Assembly: GCA_031082155.1 (NCBI GenBank)
Contig: JAVHLL010000001.1
Coordinates: 25,058 to 89,057 of the forward strand
Direction of reading: 5' to 3'
DNA: 64,000 bases
Source: Thermodesulfovibrionales bacterium
GTDB lineage: Bacteria > Nitrospirota > Thermodesulfovibrionia > Thermodesulfovibrionales > SM23-35
Below the pieces are notes generated by a model that was not told the origin of the DNA, searched no databases, and saw only the letters and a list, made by a program, of their open reading frames with translations. Made by a program: the position numbers and the translations under genes. Below are positions 9,926 through 18,492 of this stretch, piece by piece; positions within the stretch are counted from its first letter, which is position 1, and each line of letters begins with the position of its first letter.

Positions 9926-10873
9926 ATGATGGAAATACTCAACCGTGGAGAAGGCGAGGCAGGCAACGCGTGCATTTCGCACGGACGTCTGCTGATCGTT
10001 GATGACGAAATCGATACCCTGAGACCTCTCTGCGAGATTCTTGAAGAATGGGGGTATCAGGTCCTGCATGCCACATCGGGCAAAAATGCGCTGGAGATTT
10101 TGGAGACTGAGGAAGTTGATTTGTTAGTGACTGACCTTTCAATGCCTGAAATGAACGGTATCGAGCTTCTCAGAACAGCTTGTGAGCGAGACAGAGATCT
10201 CGTGTGTATCATAATCACTGCCTACGGGACTATTCAGAGAGCTGTTGACGCAATGAGTGCAGGAGCCTTTGATTTTGTCCTGAAACCGTTCGATTTTAAA
10301 ATGTTAAGATCGAAAATTTCCCGCGCAGTAGAAATGCGGAAACTGCGAGATTCAGAAGCAATTTACCGGTCAATAGTCGAGAATTTTCAGAGTGAACTGA
10401 TCTGTCGTTTTCTTCCTGATGGAACCTTGAATTTTGTGAATCAGGCTTTCTCCCGTTCCCTCGCGAAGAGGAAGCAGGATATCGTCGGGAGTACCTATCT
10501 GTCCTTCCTGTGTGAAGAAGACAGGGATAGAATCATAGGGGTAATAGCTTCCCTTGATCCGGATAATCCTGTTGTAAGGCTTGAGTATCGCGTCAAAGCC
10601 CCGTTCGGTGAAATACGCTGGCAGAGATGGACATTTACCGCTATTCTTGATGGAAACAATCAGGTGGCGGTAATCCAGGCAATCGGGTCTGATATCCATG
10701 ACCTGAAAATAGCCGAAGAGCAGCTTACAAAAAAAGAGAATGAACTAAGGAAAAAGATGAAGGACCTTGAGGATTTTTATCAAACAGCAGTCAGCAGAGA
10801 GTTAAGAATGAAAGAACTCAAAGAGGAGATCAAAGAACTGCAGAGAGAATTAGAGAGACAAAAAAATAAATGA
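9926..10873 (+). CDS. response regulator, REC + PAS + C-terminal coiled coil
   Basis: The receiver domain shows LLIVDDE...DLLVTDLSMPEMNG...FDFVLKPF. A PAS-like region follows (SIVENFQSELICRFLPDGTLNFVNQAF...IRWQRW), then a K/E-rich helix. Confidence 0.85.
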   Translation: MMEILNRGEGEAGNACISHGRLLIVDDEIDTLRPLCEILEEWGYQVLHATSGKNALEILETEEVDLLVTDLSMPEMNGIELLRTACERDRDLVCIIITAYGTIQRAVDAMSAGAFDFVLKPFDFKMLRSKISRAVEMRKLRDSEAIYRSIVENFQSELICRFLPDGTLNFVNQAFSRSLAKRKQDIVGSTYLSFLCEEDRDRIIGVIASLDPDNPVVRLEYRVKAPFGEIRWQRWTFTAILDGNNQVAVIQAIGSDIHDLKIAEEQLTKKENELRKKMKDLEDFYQTAVSRELRMKELKEEIKELQRELERQKNK

Positions 10874-11048
10874 GCGCCGTTTGAGCCTGCCTGAAATTTC
10901 CCGCGGTTTCTCCTTTTTCATTCCACTCAATGACTGATCGCCGGTTCCTTCATGGGCTTGTTTCCGGTAGGGATGCTGTGGTATTCTTAGTATGAGAAAA
11001 AGAGAGAACAGTCTTTAAAGAGCAGCATCCTAAGGAGGAGAACAAGCA

Positions 11049-11381
11049 ATGTCGTCGAGAAAAATCTATGTGGGGAACCTGCCTTATTCTGCAAAAGAGG
11101 AAGACATAAGAGAGGTATTTGAGAAGATCGGGGAGGTTCAGTCGGTAAGGGTTCTTATCGATTCAGCCACTGGACGTTCACGTGGGTTCGGGTTTGTAGA
11201 GATGGCTTCGGATGGGGACACAGACAGGGCAATTCAGGATCTCACCGGGGCGGTACTTATGGAGAGGACGCTTACTATAAGCGAGGCACGGCCACAGGAA
11301 GCGAGAGGAAAGACTGACATGTGGCGGAAACAAGGGGGGTCCTTCGACAGAGGAGGGAAGGGTTCAGGTAGTTGGAGGTAA
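11049..11381 (+). CDS. RRM-type RNA-binding protein
   Basis: RNP-2 (KIYVGNL) and RNP-1 (RGFGFVEM) motifs with a Gly/Arg-rich tail. A strong RBS (TAAGGAGGAG) precedes it. Confidence 0.85.
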   Translation: MSSRKIYVGNLPYSAKEEDIREVFEKIGEVQSVRVLIDSATGRSRGFGFVEMASDGDTDRAIQDLTGAVLMERTLTISEARPQEARGKTDMWRKQGGSFDRGGKGSGSWR

Positions 11382-11578
11382 AGGTAAGCGAAAACGGCCT
11401 TGAAAAAGCATTAAGGATCCTAAAAAAGAATCTGCAGAAGGATGGTCTCATGGGAGAATTAAAGAGGCGCCGTTATTATGATAAACCCTCGACCCGTCTC
11501 AAGAACAAAAAAAGGGAGGCGCAGAAGAGGAGAGCCAAGAGTGCCGGGCCCAGCGGCATCCAGGACCGGAGGCCCTGA
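11372..11578 (+). CDS. rpsU: 30S ribosomal protein S21
   Basis: VKVSENGLEKALRILKKNLQKDGLMGELKRRRYYDKPSTRLKNKKREAQKRR matches the bS21 pattern. The TTG start at 11372 overlaps the RRM gene stop. Confidence 0.8.
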   Translation: MEVKVSENGLEKALRILKKNLQKDGLMGELKRRRYYDKPSTRLKNKKREAQKRRAKSAGPSGIQDRRP

Positions 11579-11610
11579 GAAATCACTTCTTATCATAAAA
11601 GGGGAAAACA

Positions 11611-11802
11611 ATGAAACGTGCAGGTGCATATAAAAGTGAAAAGCGGAAAAAAGAACTACAGCGGAAGAAGCAGCAGGACGAGAAAAGGTTGAAACGAATT
11701 AAGAAGACCCATGAAAAAGACGAAGAGGAAAATCAGTCCGAAACAGCAGAAACTCCGCAAGGGGAAGAAGACAGTATAACAACAAGTGACGGACAAAACT
11801 GA
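11611..11802 (+). CDS. small highly charged protein (hypothetical)
   Basis: 63-aa ORF with RBS AAAAGGGGAAAA. The N-terminal half is Lys/Arg-rich and the tail is acidic. No family recognised. Confidence 0.4.
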   Translation: MKRAGAYKSEKRKKELQRKKQQDEKRLKRIKKTHEKDEEENQSETAETPQGEEDSITTSDGQN

Positions 11803-11950
11803 GAATATTTCTCATGCCCGGCTCTTGTGAATTGTTCCTTGCCTTGCGTTCCGTTTAGTGACGCTTCGATACATTATCTGCCTTATTAAAAACATTTTAT
11901 AGTGTGCTAAGCCTGCCAGCAATTTTGTGAATAAGAAAAGTGGGTGCAAT

Positions 11951-11981
11951 AAAAAAGCCCCCGCACCACGGGGGCTTTTTT
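11951..11981. terminator. bidirectional rho-independent terminator
   Basis: AAAAAA-GCCCCCG-CACCA-CGGGGGC-TTTTTT, lying between the convergent small ORF and glnA. Confidence 0.85.
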
Positions 11982-12004
11982 ATTGATCTTATTCTGCAGC
12001 GCTT

Positions 12005-13417
12005 TTAGATATCGTAATACAGGAAGAACTCATACGGATGCGGTCTGAGCCTCAGGGCGTCGACTTCTCTTGTCCTCTTGTAGTGCAGCCACATCTCGAT
12101 AACATCCTCGGTGAATACGTCGCCTTTTTTGAGGAAACTGTGGTCTCTCTCAAGGCAGTCAAGCGCATCTTCAAGCGAACCGGGAAGGTTCGGTACCTTT
12201 GCGAGTTCCTCGGGCCTGAGGTCATAGATGTCCTTGTCGAGCGGTTCTCCCGGATCGATTTTGTTCTCGATGCCGTCGAGACCCGCCATGAGCATTGCAG
12301 AGAACGCGAGGTACGGGTTGCATGACGGATCGGGGAACCTTACCTCTACCCTTTTCGCCTTCGGACTTGAAGAGTACATGGGGATTCTTATCGCAGCAGA
12401 TCTGTTCCTGCTGGAGTATGCGAGATTGATCGGAGCCTCATACCCGGGCACGAGCCTCTTGTAGGAATTTGTTGTCGGTGCGACAAATGCAGCGAGCGCA
12501 GCAGCATGTTTCAGAATTCCACCGATATAGTAGAGCGCAAGGTCCGAGATTCCTGCGTAGCCGTTCCCCGCAAACAAGGGTTTGCCGTTTTTCCAGAGGC
12601 TCTGGTGTGTATGCATGCCTGAGCCGTTGTCGGCGAAGAGGGGCTTAGGCATCATTGTCACGGTTTTCCCATGCCTCAACGCAACATTCTTGATGATATA
12701 TTTATACATCATCAGTTTGTCTGCCATATTCACAATTGGAGAGAATCTCATGTCTATCTCCGCCTGTCCGCCCGTAGCGACTTCATGGTGTTGCGCTTCT
12801 ACTTCTATCCCTGCCTTTTCCAGTTCAAGCACCATCTCGGTACGGATATCCTGCTGCTTATCCATCGGCGGGACAGGGAAATATCCTTCTTTGTGCCTTG
12901 GTTTATACCCGAGGTTCGGACTCTCTTCTCTCCCCGAATTCCATATGCCTTCGACAGAATCTACGAAGTGATACCCGCTGTTTGCGGTATAATCAAACCG
13001 CACATCATCGAAGATAAAAAACTCTGCCTCTGGGCCGAAGAACGCGGTATCCGCAACCTTGGTTGATTTCATGTATGCTTCAGCCTTCTGTGTTATGTAA
13101 CGCGGGTCTCTCGAATACGGTTCTTTTGTGATCGGATCGACAATATTGCAGATCAGACTGAGGGTAGGGTGCTGGGTGAAAGGATCCATCACGGCGGTAG
13201 ACGGATCAGGTATTACAAGCATATCGCTCATATGAATAGCCTGCCATCCCCGGATAGAAGACCCGTCAAAGCCCAGTCCGTCTTCGAACAGGCCTTCCGA
13301 GAGTTCTTTGGACGGGACGGAGAAGTGCTGCCAGAGTCCCGGAAAATCCATAAACTTCAGATCGACCATCACGACTTTGTTCTTCTTGGCAAATTCCATT
13401 ACTTCCTTTGGTTTCAT
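12005..13417 (-). CDS. glnA: glutamine synthetase type I
   Basis: 470 aa. [22 protein letters not shown] and the [16 protein letters not shown] region are GSI signatures. Confidence 0.97.
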   Translation of the reverse strand: MKPKEVMEFAKKNKVVMVDLKFMDFPGLWQHFSVPSKELSEGLFEDGLGFDGSSIRGWQAIHMSDMLVIPDPSTAVMDPFTQHPTLSLICNIVDPITKEPYSRDPRYITQKAEAYMKSTKVADTAFFGPEAEFFIFDDVRFDYTANSGYHFVDSVEGIWNSGREESPNLGYKPRHKEGYFPVPPMDKQQDIRTEMVLELEKAGIEVEAQHHEVATGGQAEIDMRFSPIVNMADKLMMYKYIIKNVALRHGKTVTMMPKPLFADNGSGMHTHQSLWKNGKPLFAGNGYAGISDLALYYIGGILKHAAALAAFVAPTTNSYKRLVPGYEAPINLAYSSRNRSAAIRIPMYSSSPKAKRVEVRFPDPSCNPYLAFSAMLMAGLDGIENKIDPGEPLDKDIYDLRPEELAKVPNLPGSLEDALDCLERDHSFLKKGDVFTEDVIEMWLHYKRTREVDALRLRPHPYEFFLYYDI

Positions 13418-13551
13418 TGTGCTGCCTCCTTTTATTCTGTGTGATAAAAAATAAGCTTGTCAGTCTCAGACAATCACTTTATCTGCCTCCGTCCCCTTTT
13501 TCCCGGGGGGAAGCAAGGGCATTGCATACCGTTCGTTTTTCACCTCCGGTA

Positions 13552-14886
13552 TTATAACGAATATCCGGTTTCCCCGTGCTGCGATATATCAAGCCCGGTC
13601 ACCTCCGCTTCTTCGTTAACGCGCAGTCCGATCACTTTATCAATGCCTTTCAGCAGGACAACGGTGACGGCAAACGAATAGACTGCGGTCACGAGTATGG
13701 CAATCAACTGCGTTTTGACCAGCGCAAAATTACCGAAAAATAACCCGTTGCCTCCTGCCGGGTTGATAACACTCTGTGCGAAAAGGCCGGTCGCGAAACT
13801 GCCGAGCACCCCGCCTACTCCGTGCACGCCGAACGCATCGAGTGAATCGTCATAGCCAAGCCTGCTTTTCATATTCAGGGATGCGTAACACACCGCTCCC
13901 GCTACCAGTCCGATGACCAATGATGACATGGGGCTTACAAAACCCGCGGCAGGCGTGATCGTTGCAAGTCCGGCAATCGAGCCGGTGGCTGCGCCGAAGG
14001 TGGTTGGCTTCCCCCTGTGCAGCCATTCGATGCATACCCATGCGAGTGTAGCGGCAACCGCGGACGTATGGGTTGCGACAAAGGCCATTGTGCTTAATGT
14101 CCCTGCAGACAGCGCGCTCCCGGCGTTGAATCCGAACCATCCGAACCAGAGGAGCCCTGTCCCCAGCACCGTCATGGGGAGATTATGGGGATACATAGCT
14201 TCCTGCAAATACCCTTTCCTCTTGCCGATAATCAACGCTGCTGCGAGTGCCGAGATGCCTGATATCAGATGCACTACGATACCGCCTGCGAAATCCAGCG
14301 CACCCATTTCCTTCAGCCACCCTCCTGTACCCCATACCCAATGTGCTACCGGGTCATATACGAGTGTTGACCACAACAGGGTAAAAACAAAGAATGCGGA
14401 AAATTTCATCCGTTCCGCAAAGGCGCCGGTGATGAGCGCCGGTGTGATGACCGCAAACATTGCCTGGTACATCATAAACGCGATATGCGGTACGGTCGCA
14501 GCGTAATCAGGGTTGGGTTCTACCCCAACGCCGTTCAATCCTATCCAGTCGAGGCTTCCGATGACGCCGTGTATATCAGGGCCAAAGGAAAGGCTGTAGC
14601 CGATAAGGATCCATTGCACGCTGATAATTGCGATCGCGACAAAACTCTGCATGATCGTGCCAAGCACATTTTTCCCCCTGACCATACCTCCGTAGAACAG
14701 TGCAAGCCCTGGGGTCATGAGCATGACGAGCGCGGTGGATACCAGTATCCATGCGGTGTCTCCTGTATCAATCTTCGGTGTAGCTGTTGTATCAATTCCG
14801 GCCTGGACAAGCTGATCTCCACCGAATACGCTTCCGGCTGCGCCCAGCATGACGAGCATCAAGAGAATACCAACAAATCCTTTCAT
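13552..14886 (-). CDS. amt: ammonium transporter (Amt family), copy 2
   Basis: 444 aa with a signal peptide. DTGDTAWILVSTALVMLMTPGLALFYGG, DFAGGIVVHLISG and LDAFGVHGVGG are Amt signatures. Confidence 0.95.
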   Translation of the reverse strand: MKGFVGILLMLVMLGAAGSVFGGDQLVQAGIDTTATPKIDTGDTAWILVSTALVMLMTPGLALFYGGMVRGKNVLGTIMQSFVAIAIISVQWILIGYSLSFGPDIHGVIGSLDWIGLNGVGVEPNPDYAATVPHIAFMMYQAMFAVITPALITGAFAERMKFSAFFVFTLLWSTLVYDPVAHWVWGTGGWLKEMGALDFAGGIVVHLISGISALAAALIIGKRKGYLQEAMYPHNLPMTVLGTGLLWFGWFGFNAGSALSAGTLSTMAFVATHTSAVAATLAWVCIEWLHRGKPTTFGAATGSIAGLATITPAAGFVSPMSSLVIGLVAGAVCYASLNMKSRLGYDDSLDAFGVHGVGGVLGSFATGLFAQSVINPAGGNGLFFGNFALVKTQLIAILVTAVYSFAVTVVLLKGIDKVIGLRVNEEAEVTGLDISQHGETGYSL

Positions 14887-14930
14887 ACTTCCTCCTTGAC
14901 GTATAGGTGGTTTTTCCTCATGGCACTTCT

Positions 14931-14950
14931 CTATCCACGAATCATGCCAA
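14931..14950 (-). promoter_or_regulatory. sigma-54-like promoter candidate for amt(copy 2)-glnA
   Basis: The minus strand reads TTGGCAT-GATTC-GTGGA about 45 nt upstream of the amt ATG. The -24 GG is present, but the -12 element reads GG instead of GC. Confidence 0.3.
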
Positions 14951-15013
14951 GCTTATAACTTAATGATTAATATAGGAAAAAAACAAAATACCGATTTGAA
15001 CGCGGGAATATAC

Positions 15014-15147
15014 TACAATATTGTCGGTACGGGACCGGGAGTTTTGAGAGCGGCATAGTTATTTTCCCTTATTTTTCAATATCCGGCGCGGATTAGGGCA
15101 TGTCAAAGAGCATTCCTACAAATTTGTATGAATAACAAATTTGTAGG
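15014..15147. promoter_or_regulatory. cluster of TACAA-N2-TTGTA palindromes (candidate enhancer or operator)
   Basis: TACAATATTGTC at 15014-15025, TACAAATTTGTA at 15117-15128 and AACAAATTTGTA at 15134-15145. The last two form the larger palindrome CCTACAAATTTGT-N7-ACAAATTTGTAGG. The 16-mer CTACAAATTTGTATGA recurs at 18113-18128. Confidence 0.45.
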
Positions 15148-15198
15148 ATAACCAAAAGCATCAATGAGAACTAAGAGAAACGACCCGGAAAGTCCAGA

Positions 15199-15546
<348 letters not shown>

Positions 15547-15570
15547 TTATTCTCTAAAAAGTTATTCGTC

Positions 15571-15621
15571 AATAGTCACCAGTCATGAGAATCAATGACT
15601 AATGACTATTGACTATTTTTA
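15571..15621 (-). promoter_or_regulatory. intercistronic hairpin and heptamer repeats between amt and glnK
   Basis: AATAGTCA-cc-AGTCAT / ATGACT-aa-TGACTATT inverted repeat with an 8-nt loop. Three tandem (A/T)TGACTA units follow at 15595-15616. Confidence 0.35.
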
Positions 15622-16995
15622 CAGACTGTATGCTTTTTCACCATGCTGGCTTTCGTCGAGCCCGGTGATCTCATGCTCAGCTTCAACTCTCACCCCGAGC
15701 ACCGCCCGGGCGATCGCAAAGATAATCAGGGTCATCACCCCACTGTATACGATTGTTATGCCCACTGCGATCAGCTGTGTGATCAACTGACCGGGGTTCC
15801 CGTAGAGGAGACCGGTACCGGCTTCGTTGATTGCAGGGTCTGCAAACACGCCGGTCAGTATGGCGCCGAGGATACCGCCGACACCATGGATGCCAAAGGC
15901 GTCGAGAGCGTCGTCATATCCGAGTTTCGGCTTAATGCTCGCAACTGCAAAGTAGGGCACGATACCTGCGAGGATACCGATTATTATCGCGCCTTGAATA
16001 TTCACGAACCCTGCAGCAGGGGTTATTGCAACAAGACCTGCTATTGCACCGGAAGCAAGACCAAGCACCGTGGGTTTCTTCGTGTGTAACCATTCCGTGA
16101 ACATCCATGACATTGCTGCGAGCGCAGTTGCGGTGTTAGTGTTGAGAAAAGCTACTCCAGCAAGTCCGTTCGCGGCAACGGCGGAGCCGGCGTTAAACCC
16201 GAACCAGCCGAACCACAGGAGCCCGGCGCCGGTGATAACAAGGGTCAGATTGCTCGGCTTGAGTGAAGCTTCGCGTCTCTTCCCGAGAACCAGGGCGCCG
16301 ACGAGCGCTGCAATCCCTGCGTTTACGTGTACCACGGTGCCGCCTGCAAAATCGAGTGCCCCAAGTTTTGCAAGAAACCCGCCGCCCCATACCCAATGGG
16401 CTACAGGCACATACACAACTGTCATCCAGAGTATCGAGAAGAAGACCCAGGCGGAGAATTTCATTCTTTCAATGTATGCGCCGCTTGCAAGCGCAACCGT
16501 TATGGCTGCAAATGTCATTTGATATACTATAAAAACATATTCAGGTATAGTCATCGAAAGGCTTTTGACGGTTACGCCGGACAGGAAGAGTTTCTCAGCG
16601 CTCCCAATGAATCCTCCAATGTCCGAACCGAAAGTGAACGTGTACCCGTAAGCAATCCACAGGAAACTTACGATGCAATACGTTACAAAAGACATTGCCA
16701 TGGTATTGAGTGTGTCTTTCCTTTTCGCAAGACCGCCGTAAAACAACGCGAGCCCCGGCAGTGTCATCAGCATTACGAGCGCGGTAGCAACAATCATCCA
16801 GGCGGTATCGCCTGTGTCGAGCTTGGGAGCAGGAGTCTCCTCCAATACCGGAACCGCTTCATCCGCAGGGGCTGGCTGAGCAGGCAAAGCCTGCTCAGCT
16901 GCTGGAAGGGAAGGAGGGTTAGCCTGCTCTTCAGCAAAAGCCCATCCGCTTAAAAGCATGAGTGCTAAAATCGTGAATATAACAATATTTTTCAT
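15619..16995 (-). CDS. amt: ammonium transporter (Amt family), copy 1
   Basis: 458 aa with a signal peptide and a Pro/Ala-rich linker. DTGDTAWMIVATALVMLMT.PGLALFYGG, DFAGGTVVHVNAG and LDAFGIHGVGG are Amt signatures. Confidence 0.95.
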   Translation of the reverse strand: MKNIVIFTILALMLLSGWAFAEEQANPPSLPAAEQALPAQPAPADEAVPVLEETPAPKLDTGDTAWMIVATALVMLMTLPGLALFYGGLAKRKDTLNTMAMSFVTYCIVSFLWIAYGYTFTFGSDIGGFIGSAEKLFLSGVTVKSLSMTIPEYVFIVYQMTFAAITVALASGAYIERMKFSAWVFFSILWMTVVYVPVAHWVWGGGFLAKLGALDFAGGTVVHVNAGIAALVGALVLGKRREASLKPSNLTLVITGAGLLWFGWFGFNAGSAVAANGLAGVAFLNTNTATALAAMSWMFTEWLHTKKPTVLGLASGAIAGLVAITPAAGFVNIQGAIIIGILAGIVPYFAVASIKPKLGYDDALDAFGIHGVGGILGAILTGVFADPAINEAGTGLLYGNPGQLITQLIAVGITIVYSGVMTLIIFAIARAVLGVRVEAEHEITGLDESQHGEKAYSL

Positions 16996-17007
16996 TCGTT
17001 ACCTCCG

Positions 17008-17775
17008 TTAAAAGCTCAGTGCCAGGTTGACACCGCCGTAGAAAATATCCTTGTCACCATCATCACTGATGTTTTTTATTGCCTCTTTTGCGTCACTGCT
17101 CAAGGGGAACGAGTATGCGATCTTCGGTGTTACGGTTACTGCCTTCCATACAGGGATAGTCATTGAGGAAGTGATTTCACCATTGTAGAAGTTGTTGAAA
17201 TCATCACCATTTTTGTCATATCCCATAACCTTGTTTTTGATGTTATAGCTCACCGATGCTCCCAGGTCCAGTGACATTTCTTTTATGACCTCGAAAGAAT
17301 GTCCGACTGAAACAACCACAAAGGCCCCCTGTCCTTCATCATAATCGTAGTAGATTGTGAGTGTCGGGCTGAGTAGAGTATCATAGCCTGCAGAGACAAA
17401 GAGTTCCTGTGTGTCATTCGCACTGTCCAGGGCATAATAAATATATCCGGCGGTAAGGGTGAGCTTGTCGATCGAGCGGGTATAGGTCAGGGTTACGTCC
17501 GTCTCTGTCATTTCGCCATGTCCGGTATCGCCGCTGGTTGCCTCGGGTCTGTCAGAGTCATAGCTTGCCCATATATTTGCTCCAAACACTCCATAGGCGA
17601 TGCCTACGGATGGCTGGACTACCCAGCTGTTGCTTAACTTCTGTCCTCTCCATACATAGTTGCTCATGACATCTGCCGAAACAGTTCCCTCGGCCTTGAT
17701 GTCTTCTGCATAGAGACTTCCTGCTGCCATTGCTGTGATGATCATTGCGAGAACCAAAATTCTTATACTCTTCAT
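17008..17775 (-). CDS. outer-membrane beta-barrel protein (porin-like, resembles the TIGR02001 'Gcw_chp' family from memory)
   Basis: Signal peptide ending SLYA, alternating beta-strand pattern, SNYVWRGQKLS...QPSVGIAY motif and a C-terminal LALSF. It lies 12 nt upstream of amt. Confidence 0.7.
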   Translation of the reverse strand: MKSIRILVLAMIITAMAAGSLYAEDIKAEGTVSADVMSNYVWRGQKLSNSWVVQPSVGIAYGVFGANIWASYDSDRPEATSGDTGHGEMTETDVTLTYTRSIDKLTLTAGYIYYALDSANDTQELFVSAGYDTLLSPTLTIYYDYDEGQGAFVVVSVGHSFEVIKEMSLDLGASVSYNIKNKVMGYDKNGDDFNNFYNGEITSSMTIPVWKAVTVTPKIAYSFPLSSDAKEAIKNISDDGDKDIFYGGVNLALSF

Positions 17776-17854
17776 TTTTTCCTCCTAAAAATTATTTTTG
17801 AAGGTAATTCTTCGTATTGTGCTTCATTTCATCCTTGGTGGTTCTTTTTACTGA

Positions 17855-18031
17855 TTACTGTTTTTCATCCTCCTTCCTGATGTCGTATTTTTTTATCTTG
17901 TACCCAATCATCCTTTCCGTTATGTCCAGCTTTTTTGCAGCCCTTGCCATTATCCAGTTACATGCTCTCATTGCATTGAGTATCTCTTCTTTCTCGATCT
18001 CTCTCACTTTTTCCCTTAGCGATCCCATCAT
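17855..18031 (-). CDS. stand-alone Fis/NtrC-type HTH_8 mini-protein (58 aa; below the ORF-track cut-off)
   Basis: Hand translation gives MMGSLREKVREIEKEEILNAMRACNWIMARAAKKLDITERMIGYKIKKYDIRKEDEKQ*. This matches the C-terminal DNA-binding helix-turn-helix of NtrC-family activators (E.E.I..AL....N...AA..LGI.R..L..K.KKY.I). The RBS is AGGTGGG. Confidence 0.55.
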   Translation of the reverse strand: MMGSLREKVREIEKEEILNAMRACNWIMARAAKKLDITERMIGYKIKKYDIRKEDEKQ

Positions 18032-18045
18032 CCCACCTGTTCTCT

Positions 18046-18066
18046 GTATATCGAAAACCGTGCCAG
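18046..18066 (-). promoter_or_regulatory. sigma-54-like promoter candidate
   Basis: The minus strand reads CTGGCAC-GGTTT-TCGAT about 15-35 nt upstream of the HTH_8 ATG. The -24 element is perfect and the -12 element is poor. Confidence 0.3.
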
Positions 18067-18110
18067 TTTTTAACTTATTGATTTAAAGAGATAAATATTA
18101 TTTATTTATA

Positions 18111-18146
18111 CTACAAATTTGTATGATGCTACAATCTTGTAGTACA
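18111..18146. promoter_or_regulatory. second pair of TACAA-N2-TTGTA palindromes
   Basis: TACTACAAATTTGTA-TGATGC-TACAATCTTGTAGTA. Both 12-mers are palindromic and nested in a larger dyad. The pair lies about 50-80 nt upstream of the TGGCAC element. Confidence 0.45.
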
Positions 18147-18492
18147 AAATAGTGGTACAGCAGTTTCGCGGACGAGAGGAGGGAAAGCCGGAATTTTATG
18201 AGCAAATCAAGTTCTTGAAACAATTGATGACAGCAACAAAATGCCTCAGCAGTCCCTGCTTGTCGGTTCTTCTAGGATGGTATATTGGCTCTGGGTTCTG
18301 TACGCAAGTCTCAGCAAGATCCATTATCCTGCAGAATTCACTGGAAGTATTGCAGCTTATCAGATAATCCCCTAGTGGGCTGTAAATTTTATGGCAGTTT
18401 TTATTCCCAGCCCTGAGCTCATTATCGGTTTAAATCAAACCTGCAGATCTATAGATAGTGAAAAGGTCTTCTTCCAAAAGCCTGAATATTTC

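Noticed and set aside
9770-10069. The N-terminal 100 codons of the tracked 158-aa minus-strand ORF.
   Set aside because: They overlap the REC-PAS gene and its RBS region and lack any recognisable features. Only the 3' 58 codons are kept, as a low-confidence candidate.
14921-14936. A perfect TGGCAC hexamer on the plus strand.
   Set aside because: It has the wrong orientation for the minus-strand amt gene. No GC element lies at the -12 position, and no plus-strand gene lies downstream.
15124-15139. An NtcA/CRP-like reading (TGTA-N6-(T)ACA) of the junction between adjacent palindromes. The same reading applies at 18122-18135.
   Set aside because: NtcA requires GTA-N8-TAC and CRP/FNR sites have different half-sites. 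The spacing here is 2 bp too short, so I report the motif only as an unassigned palindrome.
17817-18086. An 89-aa plus-strand ORF in the porin upstream region.
   Set aside because: The sequence is hydrophobic and low-complexity with no RBS. The opposite strand encodes a recognisable HTH_8 domain with an RBS, which I prefer.
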